DNA from: Oculina patagonica
Lineage: Eukaryota
Direction of reading: 5' to 3'
DNA: 64,000 bases
Assembly: GCF_052425735.1 (NCBI RefSeq)
Contig: NC_135762.1
Location: 27,838,001 to 27,902,000 of the forward strand
The translations under genes and the position numbers were made by a program. The first letter of the stretch is position 1; the number at the start of each line of letters is the position of its first letter. Of the stretch, positions 35,977 through 47,357 are shown in pieces. Under the pieces are notes generated by a model, which did no database searches, was not told where the DNA came from, and saw only the letters and a program-made list of their open reading frames with translations.

Positions 35977-38116
35977 TGCTCTTTCCTTGATTTATTTAAG
36001 GTATAAACGGAGCGGACATGTTTTTTCTTTTTTCTGGGTGTTGCAATCAATTGAAAACCGGTCAAGCGTTCCCTCAAGTAACGTACTAAGGAATACGTTG
36101 ATGGAATTTTTTTTGTTTTAGATATTCCAGTTTTATAACGAACAATTCAGTGTTCAAGGCAGAATTCGATCGATATTAGGGTATCATTAACTATTTATAG
36201 TTTCTGTCTTTTTCGCAATTGTAATATTTCTGTTTTTTTTTTTTTTCACTGTGGACCTTGTGAACTAAGTGCAACTTTTTGTCCAAAAGCTAAGCGGATC
36301 ATTCTATTCAAAACTCTTCCTCGTATCTGTCAGTAAACGTTTCAACCAAGCTAGAAGGCGCAATGCATCCGGCGACTTCCGCTTTTGTTGTGCTATTTTT
36401 ATATTTTTTATTCAGGAAGTTTAGGCTTCACTTAAAAATTTTAAACCCTCCAGTCGGCAATTTGAGAAATTAATTGGTTGAAACTGTTTCCTGTTCCTGT
36501 AAAATTTAGTTATCATGATGCATTGCAACTATTGGCCATTATTGTTATGCATACTTCATGATGGCAACCTTGTAATCTATTTGATCGATTGACAAATTTA
36601 CCAAAAAAAAAATTAATTGCCATCTTGTCTGGTTTTCAGTGAATAAAATGAACAGTTTAGTGAAGCTCTTTTTTTCTTGACGTTATCCTATCATTTTTAA
36701 CTGTATGGTTCTATAATATCTGCTTTTTGAGCAAATTTTGTTTACACAGAAGGGTCATATACAAAAAAAAGCCATATCAAGTCAACTCTCCTTGCATCAC
36801 TAAAATATGTTAAGAGGGATAGGAAGGTCGTATTTAATCCGTATTACGATTAACAATGTTTTTTAAGAAATTCAAATTTCTTATATATTAATTAGTTCTA
36901 GCTGCACAAATAAAAAGGAAGGCCTTCACAAGGAAAGCACCGGTGCCTTGAGACGTTTCCATCAGCGACGAAACACATTTTCGATTTCAGGTTAATAATT
37001 TGTCCTCGTGTGTTTCTAATGCTCTTTTGTGAAGAATACCACAAGTAACTTCAAAGTTTTTAAATGTGAACTATCAGTTGTCTTCTTCCACTCATCAGCC
37101 GTTGTTTATAGATCGACTGAAAAGAGTTGTCTGGAAACATATATTTCTTTGAGTTAGATTTATTGTAACGCTTTTGGCAAACAATAGAACACAGAAACAC
37201 TATGCCAGCAATACGCTATATCATAAACCCGCTATTTTGGTTAGGTTTATTACATCGTTGTAAATTCAATTTTAAGCGTGGATTTGTTCTATTGTCTAGT
37301 TCCAACGAGTTTAATTTTTTGCGAAATCTATGATAGTTCAAAATACCCCTTAGGAGCCCACAGCGGCGATTGGTGAAAACGCAAAATGGAATACTTTTAA
37401 GACTTCAGTCAAACAATAAAACGATGAATAAACCGGCTTAGTTCAAATTTCTAGAAAATTCTAATAGAATAATTTAATCCATGTTTGAGTTTATACGAGG
37501 CCTTAACTGACTTAACGACTTCCTGGTTGTGTCTAATTGGGATATCTTTGAACAACAACCGTTAGAAAAACAAACGCATACAATAGATTCTGCCGGAAAA
37601 GCCAAAGCGTTAACCCTAAATTATCGTCTGATGTCGTTCGCCGCTTTTTTCAATGCTTTTGTTGTTTACTTCGGCTTTAATTTAAGTTCAAGAGCAGTGT
37701 TTCATTCAAAGCACAATCGGTTACATTGGAGGCGAGGTCGTTATTCCTGATTATTTTATGGCAGGAGCTTGATAAGATATAACGGCCGCTGTGATTGGCT
37801 ACTAGTCGGGGCAGGATTTTCCCGTAATACCCACGAGCATTATAAGCGATGCTACTGTCCGGCAGGTTGGCAAAACGCGGGCAACAGCGGTGGAAAAATG
37901 TTAAGGAGAGCCATATAATAAACGAGATTTGCCATTTAAACGTTCACTTGCTCGGGACAGTTTATAATCAATTCTGACATATTTGAAATATCTCAAAATC
38001 TAAGATAGCGGAACCCATAGGGCGCATTTTGACATTTTGGACGGCATTGGGAGCCATCATAATGGACAACAGACCACTTCTAGGAAAGAAAATTGGGATG
38101 CTGTCCTAACACACAA

Positions 38117-38190
38117 TGAGAAGAAGAAGAAAAAGAAGAAGAAGAAGAAGAAGAAGAAGAAGAAGAAGAAGAAGAAGAAGAAGAAGAAGA
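38117..38190 (+). repeat. (GAA)n microsatellite
   Basis: More than 20 near-perfect GAA units. Confidence 0.95.
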
Positions 38191-39878
38191 ACTGATAATC
38201 TAAAATCTACTTTTTAGCCTTTTTATTCATTTCTTGATTTACAAACTGCAGGTTTGGCCAATCTCAGTCTCGTTTGAGTAAACGTACAAGGCCATCGAGG
38301 CTTCGTTATTGGGACTGCCTCTCGACCCTTGAGAAAATCAACCACGTTGCTTGCCAGATTTCTTGTCTTTTTGTCTGTTCCAAAAACAATTCAATATTTT
38401 GTTGAAAAATATTGAGTTTCCAATACTTATTTTTATCTTTTGCCGTGTTACAAAATAGTTGAAATAAATTAGAAGCTATAAATAGTGCACGGAAGCATCA
38501 AATGAACAATCAAGAAAAGGAAGAATATTTGTCTTATTCTGGAGTTTGCATTTCCTTGTTTGCACATCAAAGACATGAAATTGTCTGGACTGTTTGAATT
38601 GCCAGACTGGAGATTTATTAAAAATCGTTGAGACCAATAAAGAAACAGAAATACATCGTTAAGAAGTTTAAATTTGACAATTTATTCTTATCGTTAGATC
38701 ATTATTTTGTTGTAATTTAAAGGTTAAACAAAACGGCTAGCCTGATTGATGAATTTATTACACAATCTTGCACTTCCGCATGTGAACCGCATGTGAATAT
38801 CCTGAACGTTAATTCTCATTTACCAAATGGCCTCTTACTTTACACAAATGTAGACTTCGCGTTGTCGAATTACAAATTTTATTAAAAATTTTTAGCTTAA
38901 AATAACTTTACGAGGACAGTGCGAAAGCAATATTCATTTTATGACTATCTGGATGGAGCTACAATCCCAGTCACAATTGTTGGGACACTTGCTGTTTTTT
39001 ACAATTAAAACAGGAAAAAAATCCTTTACCATGTTGTGTACCTTTAAAAAACAATGCCTCCCGTTGCCGTCTATTTTGCAACATTGCTTTTGGGCTGAAG
39101 GGGGTTTTGCATTTCTGAGCATTCACAATGAAATGTCACGTTACTGTTGTTGAAATGAGTGCCCCAAGGAATTATGACTCGGATTGTAGCTCATAACAAA
39201 CGATCAATATTTTAACAGGCAGAATGATCCTTCAGCCGGCCTTGATTAGTATATTTGAACCTGTATCCATACACACAGTCTAAAACGGTATGAGATACAG
39301 TCACCGAAAATTGAAGGAATAAAACTTGTCGCTTAAAACTAAAAAAGTTAAGAAATAGTGTAGAAACTTTTCTTCTGGCTCACATTCAATTCTCAGCACA
39401 TATAATGGAAAACAAAAAGCTACAATTCCATTTCGTCACCAGGGACAAAGAATGATTTTTTTGTGGTTCAAAACCGAGCAAACGTAAGCGTACATATATG
39501 TTCATTTGGTAAATTATTACAAGTAAGTTTGTATATAAATTGTATGGCCACCAAGCGTAAGTCCACAATTTCACTACACAGGAAAACTGACACATTCAGT
39601 CGAACGACTGCTCAATATTTTGAGAAAATTTATGCCACCGGTTTTTATGGTCAGCCAATAACACAATTCTCCCAGAATGTTATTTAAGGTACTGTTGTGA
39701 ATTTTTCTCCACGTTTTTTGCAGGATTTGTTATTTTTTTCAGGATTTTAATTTTTAACAGAACTGATCAAAGGTAAACGATAATTAACCGTTGCATGTGC
39801 GATTTTATATGTGGTAATTAAAAGGTAAGCGTCAGCGAAACCGTTAAAAGTTAAGCAGCAAATGTTGATGTACGCTGG

Positions 39879-40696
39879 TCAAAGAGCGAATGGCAGGCAC
39901 ACTACATGCACTGCTAGCTACAGGATTAACCCTTCTTCCTAGAACTAAAAGGAAGGACACTACGGCATAAGGTGACCACGGAAGTAAAAAACCGGCTATG
40001 ATAGCTAAAAAGTAAAACGCTGATTTGTGATGCTTCTTCAACAAAGCCTGTGTCATAGTCATTGCTAAACCAGCCCTGTGGGTAGTGTTGAAAACGATAT
40101 GTTTTGAAACCTGGTGGATCTTGTAATAGCAAAATATGATCACAGTTAATTAAGGGTAAAAGGAAGCAAGTAAAAATTACAACTCCAAAGTATGCCTGAT
40201 CGCTTGGAACAGATGATTCCCATTTAACCGAGCAGGTTACATTTGTTCCTTCTAGGCCATAACTCGACCACCCGACCAAAGGTGCCACACTAAAGCCAAA
40301 GGAGTAAATCCAAGAGGCCAAGATTATTAACAGCACATTTTTCTTGCTGAAATAAGAATCTCTAGTAAGAGATCTGGTGATAGTCAAATACTTTCCCGCT
40401 GAAATTGCCACCAAGTGAGTGATTGAGACGAGTGCGAGTTGTAATATCAAGAAGGCAAGGGCCTTGCATCCAGCCGTACCAAACGGCCATTCCTTTTGGA
40501 AATGTCTTGCGATCGACAGTGGAATATATAGCTATTGCACAAGAAAGGAAATCACTCACCGCGATACTGAGGGCAAGAAAGGTCGGTGCTGAGAGATATT
40601 TTTATATTTCACAGCTCCATTAAGCGTGATTCCTAAGAAGCACACCACCAACTCGGTGGTTACGAAGGCCGTGTTCCATTTGCTGATGACATCCAT
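39879..40696 (-). pseudogene. Opsin pseudogene, copy 3
   Basis: Close to copy 2, but with a small deletion after TM1 (~40600), 4-bp insertions at ~40525 and ~40147, and a ~135-bp deletion removing Lys296, NPxxY and helix 8. Confidence 0.9.
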
Positions 40697-41409
40697 GTTT
40701 CCAGACTTCTTAAGTGAAGTTCGAGTTTCCCGGCACATAGGTTTTGTTGAAATCCACGGATTGCCCCCAATCAGTTTCGTGTTTTGATTAAGATGATTTT
40801 TAAAATTAGGGTTCTTTCAAACTTTTTCTAGTTTTGAGTTTTGATGTTTTCCGCCTTTAATGAGGAAGTTTAGGCTTGGCTCGAGGACATTAAAACACCC
40901 ACTGGGTGATTAACTAAAACTGTTTGCTCCATTTCTATTATTAAAGTGAACTGTAGCTAGGTACCTCCATTTGACAAAAAAGTGGTCAGTGAACATCATA
41001 ATCTCCAACAAGAGTGTGAGTTTCGAGAAACACATTGTGGGCCTGTTATTTGGAAAAGAATTGTGCCTGTTAGGAGGGATACCCTTCATATAGAGCCACC
41101 CCAAGCAAAGGGGCTTATTTCACATTTATTTATATAATAGCTAGCGTTAACATAGCAAAGAGAAAGTTGGTTCTGGGGACAGGGTGCCCCCGAGTGGACT
41201 AACCCTCTGCTGGTACTTTCCATTTTCATTTTCTTGACGGGATCATTTGTGGTCATTTACAGCCCAGGATCATTGGTGAATCGTTTGCGTTAGATGAAGT
41301 CACAACGTTTCCAATTTTAAAAACGCTTCTTTAATTTGAATCAAATTATGGTTTGAATATTGAACTTTTCATTTCGTATGATCATAAGATTAATTCAAGA
41401 ATAAATAAG

Positions 41410-41750
41410 TGTATTAGTTAATTATTGAGTGAAACGCTTGAGAGGATTTGACTGCAACAAAGAAAAACATGTCCGCCCCATTTATACTGAAAAATCTATC
41501 AGCGAAAAGTCACGTGCAATAAGCTGCCATTCTGTTCTGAGGCACGTGTATGAGTGCCAGAAAACTGAAAAGGAACGTGCAAAGTGTGGGAAGATATAAT
41601 GTGTAATAACGCATTACATAACCGGGGTTGTGAAATAAATTGACCAATTTCACCACGACCAAGTGGGTGTTTAAAGTTTTATGACTTTCTGATAACGCAT
41701 AAACAGAAGGCCGAACCATACAGAACGAAATCAAGGCAAAGTTCCAAAGA
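41410..41750 (+). repeat. Inverted paralogous copy of the opsin-2 upstream block (35752-36090)
   Basis: Shared strings include AAAAACATGTCCGC, TCACGTGCAA, TTCTGTTCTGA..CACGTGTATGAGT and CCAATTTCACCACGACCA.GTGGG. Confidence 0.8.
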
Positions 41751-41769
41751 TTATTTTTTTAATATATAC

Positions 41770-42080
41770 TAGTTATGCAACGCTTTCGAGTGGTATACTA
41801 TGGAATATCCCACGAGTCACTTGTATTTTCTCGGTATACACACGAGCCTTTAGGCAAGTGTGTATACGAAGAAAATACAAGTGACAAGTGGGATATTCCA
41901 TAGTATACCACAAGAAAGTGTTGTGTAACTATTTTATACCATGCCATAGAAAATACGCTTACTTAATTTTATCGAGAATAAGATCGCAGCGCACGATGGG
42001 AAGGTTGGGTTGAATACCGTCGAATATACAACGGCTTTCCTGTATTCTGATTGGCTGTATTTTCTATGGCATGGTATAAA
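41770..42080. mobile_element. Double-palindrome non-autonomous repeat
   Basis: Fold-back 41770-41931 (TGGTATAC.ATGGAATATCCCAC...GTGGGATATTCCAT.GTATACCA), followed by TTTATACCATGCCATAGAAAATAC...GTATTTTCTATGGCATGGTATAAA. Confidence 0.6.
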
Positions 42081-43010
42081 TATGTACATCCTTTCATATC
42101 CTTAGTTCAGGCAATTTAAGAGACTGGGGTCAAACAGCCGCTTGAACAACCCATTTGTGCGTGAAAACTAGAAAACTCACTTTGAAAAACTTTAAGGATT
42201 AATGCTATCAAATAATGGAAAATCATCTTCGCCATAACTGATTTGATGGTGCGCTCCTTAACTAGGAATCATGTCGAGATGATGAACTAAATCTGAATTT
42301 TAAACTTAACCTTGAGGTTTAAATAAAGGATAGACTGTTTCATTCAGTATTCTGGTGGAAATTGTATTTTAAATTTAGTTGAACTGTGTCAAATTGTCGA
42401 TATCAAATTAACGTGTACTGCGTTCTATTCGCTTTGTAGATGACATGAAAAACGTCTGCACTATAATAAAAATACTAAGCCTAAAACCGGAGCTCTCCAG
42501 TTATTATACCTTCTGTCTCGCCTACTATTGAAGTCTCGCGTTAATATATTTCTATATATATCGTCATATCGAGGGCGGACGAGTCTAACATAACTTTACT
42601 GTAATGTAAAGCTCAAGTAAAGCTGAAATAAAATTAGATGTATAGTCAGCTATACGCTAACTGTACACCTTAAGCTTTTAAAAATGACCTTTTTGCCAGC
42701 TTTACACTCAAGTATAAAGGTAGATAAAGAGACTCCTTTCCGCCAACTTTAAATCATATTTACACACGGTAGCGAACAGGTCGGTTTAACCACCTTTAAC
42801 AACATTTAATTAATGGTGTAAAGTTGGATAACCAACTTTACACCAGATTTAACCACCTTTAATTTCACGTAATTCCCAATTTTCATGCTGTAAGCTATTT
42901 GTCATGAATGAGTGGCTCCGATCTGAAGAGAACTGAATAATATTTGGTCAATCAATCTGTCATGGCCGTACGATCTATGTAATCAGTGCCACAGTGTTTA
43001 CTTTATATCA

Positions 43011-43852
43011 TAGATAATGAGATTTTCTCACGAAAAAACGATTGCGTACAAATGATGCGTAAAATGCATTAGCCAATAGGAAAGGCGAACGATGAAAACT
43101 CACTAGTGAAAAACGTCGTTCGTCCAATCACAATCGCGAACGACGAAAAAAAACTTGTGAACAACACCGTATCGCCATTTTGATTCTCGTCGTAAACACC
43201 GGCGACATGGCGGAGACACGTTCAAGGTTTGTTTGTGTCTTTAACGGCTCCACTGAGTCGTTTATATTGCAGAACAGGAAAACCAAAACACTAAAAAGAA
43301 AACGAAACAAGACGGACTTGTTGTCACAACGTTTCTTCAAACAAAAAGAAAAACACGAAGCGAGATAACCGAAATTCCTCCTGCCGAGTTGAATAAACCT
43401 TTGAGTAAATTCGTACAAGGAAGGACAAGAATACGGGCCGTCTTCACTCCGAGGGATTGTAGCGAGTTTTGATTCAGATGATGACTAAGACACTGCAGGT
43501 TTGTCCTTGGTTTTGGCAGACTGTTTTCTTGATTTAATTTGGTAAAGGTTCGCTCGAGTTCGCGTTGAATTATTCAGCGTTTAGCGCTGTTTTGTTCTGT
43601 TAAAACATTGAACTGGAACTTGCAAGGGCAAGTTTTGTACAAATCTCAGTCAGGTTTTCTATCAAAAGTTGTTTCTGTAAAAGTTGTGAGAGTATAAAAC
43701 TGACGTCTCATTTCTTGTGCTACTTCATTAAAGATGTGACTTTGAAAGACAAACGTGTTTTAGCTATTTTAGTTTATGGCAGATGAATGGGTTTCCTACT
43801 CATCAACTCGTGAATAAAAATCGTACGCGCGCAATTTCCATGGAGTAATCTC
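43011..43852 (+). mobile_element. Crypton-like deletion derivative (N-terminal fragment of DUF3504-type protein)
   Basis: Frameshifted MAETRSRF...ENQNTKKKT...EIPPAELN..LSKF...GQEY.PSSLRGIVASF from 43207. Confidence 0.55.
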
Positions 43853-44476
43853 TATATCTCTTTAATGCCTCGAGCCCCATTTGTTGAAAATATTTATGGT
43901 CCAAAAGCTTTTATAGACAACTGTCAAAATTCCCAATGCTTTGAAAATCCAGGACTTGGAGTGAATTCTTTAAAATGAACGACAATTTCATTAAACAAAT
44001 GAGGCCTCGTTTACTTGTCTGGGTGAAATTTGTGCAATACATATATTTTTGTCCGTAATGGATAGGCACGTATCCACAACGAAGAGAAGATAATGATTGG
44101 TGGATTATTACTGAGGTAAAATAATAATTTTTTTATTGGAATGCAATAATGCTTTCAATATTCTGGTAAAAAACGGTCAAAATATTAATAGTTCGGCGGC
44201 CCATTGGTGAAAGATAAAAAAAAAAACAACGCATGACAAAAGAAAATCAACTCAGTACGGTAAAAGAAAGTCGACTAACGGCTTAACTGAATTTTAATTG
44301 AAAAGCTCTACACACGAACATACGGTACAACAAAAGCGGCTGAACGAAGACGAAAAGCAGCAAATAATTAACGGGAAGATCCGAAAGGCAGCCGATACCA
44401 TTTCTTCCAGAAAGTGAAAACAGATATTTTCTTCATAAAATTAGGATTAGCAGTTCAGTAAAAATTTGTTCCCTTA

Positions 44477-44673
44477 GGCCCCGTCCACACTGACCCGGAA
44501 AACGCCGGGTAAAATGTTTCCGTCCACATTAAAAACGATACCCACTTTGGAGAGCGTTTTTTAAAAGCGGCGTTTTCGGTGACCAAAAACGCCGTTTTTA
44601 GTGTGGACGGTTTGCCTAATCGGGGAAAATAAGATGCGTTTTCAAATTTATCCGGGTTAGTGTGGACGGGGCC
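44477..44673. mobile_element. PIF/Harbinger-type MITE
   Basis: TIR GGCCCCGTCCACACT.ACCCGGA. Confidence 0.75.
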
Positions 44674-45269
44674 CAACTGTACTCTACAAGTAAAACCGAG
44701 AAAAACTGCTTCATTTGACGTGCACAAGGAATATAACTTTCCACAACACATTTAATTCGGGACTTCCAGTAAACCTTTTTCGTTTAAATTTGTCACAATT
44801 TCACTGAATATAAACGGGTATAAGTTTGATCCACTTGACGCATGGAGGGAATATAAAGGCAACTTTTGTTTTGTTTGGAACCATTGTCATTTTATCTTAG
44901 CACAAATTTGGGCTGTTTGAGAGCCGCTCGATTTCATTCGTTTTAGTCTTTCTAAAGGGCCATTTGTTTTGCCTACATCCAACCTGGAGTGAAATTAAGG
45001 AACTTTGGCCACCACGGATTTCTTCGACGGCAAAATCCAGGTTGCTAGACCGTTGAAAAATTTAATATGAATACTCCTATGTTACTTTACCTGAAAATCT
45101 AAAATCTACTTTACAGACTTTCCATTCATTTCTTGATGAAAAAACTGCAGTTGACAATATTCACACGCCGGTGTTGTGTTTATTCGATCTCAGCACGTGT
45201 GGTTCATGTGGTTCAGTGCTCGGCCAATCAAGATTAAGGAAAAAATGTACTTTGTCTTGACAAATATAG

Positions 45270-45537
45270 TGGGTGGTGCGTTGACCTTTTTGGTTAGTGA
45301 GCTGGACTCTGGATCGAGCAGTCGAGGTTTAAGCCTTGGCCGGGGTCACTGTTGTGTTATAAGATAAGACACTCGACTCTCTCCACCCAGGTGTAAAAAT
45401 GGATACACGCTAGTTAATGCCGGGCTAAACCTGCGATGGACCAACATTCCATCTAGGAGCAGATTCTAGTCGCTTTATGCTACTGAAACTGGAGATATAA
45501 GCGCCGGTCTGATGTGACACTGGGCTCGAATGCAGAC
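45270..45537 (+). mobile_element. tRNA-derived SINE (degenerate)
   Basis: tRNA-like head (TGGTTAGTG.GCTGGACTC.GGATCGAG...GGTT.AAG.CCTGGCCGGGG), CTCTCCACCCAGGTGTA core, 3' CCTGCGATGGAC...CTAGTCGCTT.ATGCTAC. Confidence 0.65.
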
Positions 45538-45577
45538 CAAACAAAGGAATTAGCATTGTTCTCTAATCACTTTGCAG

Positions 45578-46210
45578 TAGAGACTTTAAGATACCTGGAC
45601 GGCTGACCTCGAGGACGGCTGACCGGAAGTAATTTTTCGCGTGTAGCCTATATTGCGCATGCCCGCTCCACGCACATTGCCGTCCAGCTGTTGTCGAGGA
45701 CGTGAGAAGTAGAGTTTTGCCGTCCACCAGTGAACGGGAGTGCTTTTTATATGATTTCGTTTAAAAATCTTAGTATTTTTTAATTCCGTTACTGTGTTAG
45801 GTGGTACTTTATGGTATTCTTGGTTTGGTACTGATAAAAAGTTAAGAAGTCAAGTTTCATTTGCGATTGCGAATATATTTGCTGTGCTTTGCATAAACGC
45901 TGATGGAGAAGCCGCGTGCGTGAAATTATGAACTTTCTTGCCTGTGTTTCTACAAAAATTTCACTTGGAATTTGTACCCTGTGAATGAAAATAGTGCTTT
46001 CTGGTCCCCGACTTTGGGCTAGAAGCGCCAAATGTTTTGGGCTAAGGAATTATTGATCCACTAACGAAGCCGTCCTCCGTTCACACACGCCGGCTCTTAA
46101 CGTTGGAAGTTCCCGCCAAGAACGTCGACATCGGCGTAGTCCTCCTCGCAAAATTCTACCTTCCTCGCACCGTCGTCGAGGTCAGCCGTCCAGATATCTT
46201 AAAGTCCCTA
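45578..46210. mobile_element. 633-bp TIR MITE
   Basis: TIR TAGRGACTTTAAGATAYCTGGACGGCTGACCTCGA. Confidence 0.8.
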
Positions 46211-47357
46211 GTGAGACGAGAGCAGAGTACGCAACGAATCGTACAAACAAAGCAAAGTTTGGCATATCGTTTATTGGCTGATAGTTAATTATAAACAACA
46301 TGCGTGATAAGGAAGTAATATATACATGAAAACATTGGCAATAGTTTTAATGCCTAAAAAAACTGCTAAATACATTTCTCAAGAAAATTTGCCAAAATAG
46401 TAAAAAGAAATACTGTATACGTGTGACTGTTAAACTGCACAAAACATGCTATATACGTGCTAATGTGCTAATGCACGTCTTGCAGATACTACAGTTGAAC
46501 TTTTACCAACGGATATCTCCAGTAGAAGGACACACCCTGTAAACGGACACTTAGCCATAGTCCTAGTCACATGCAAACACTACAATTTTAACCTCACACA
46601 AGCAGACGCCTCTTCTAAGTGGACACCCCTTTTGGTTCTTACATATGGGTGTCCACTTACAGGAAGTTCGCATGCATTCTTATGTATGTGGTTGACTGGC
46701 CTCTGCAATAAATCAGACCTCGGCGAATGTTATCAAAACAAAGGTGCATTTTTTACACTTTAAAAAACCTACTTAATTTGCACTATATGCGACAAGCTTT
46801 GCTATTATCCACCATAACTCATGGCACTGAAATAATTTTTTACCTTTTTGGCTAAATCAGCTAAACACGCACTATACGTTATAAGTCAGGAAAATCCCTT
46901 CTCTAAGAGCTGTCCTCTCGTTTTGTTGTCAGAATGTTTACAATCATGATTCATTCATCCTAATTAATATAGTATGTAATGATGAAGACAAAAGAGAAGC
47001 TCCAAACTGATAAATAATTTTCAGGTATTGCAAGATTTAAGTTTGACATTGAACCCTGCAATACTTTAGTGATTGCTTGTCAAGTGAACAGCTCTTAACA
47101 ATGGAAAACCTAATTATCTCAGAATAGAAAAGTCACCAGAAGCTCCTCTCAAGAAGAGCTGTTAACATGCTCATCTGGTATAACAGACATTGTCAATTCC
47201 AAGGAAACATTTCAGCTTTTCGCTCATACTACTCACTATTGTTAATAACTAAGAAATATTTTGCAGCGTTTATTGGCCCCTTTGATTCATACTCTGTTGT
47301 GTAGAAAAACAGACCGATCTTTAAACATAATATGGTGTCAGTCATCACTATAAGCAA

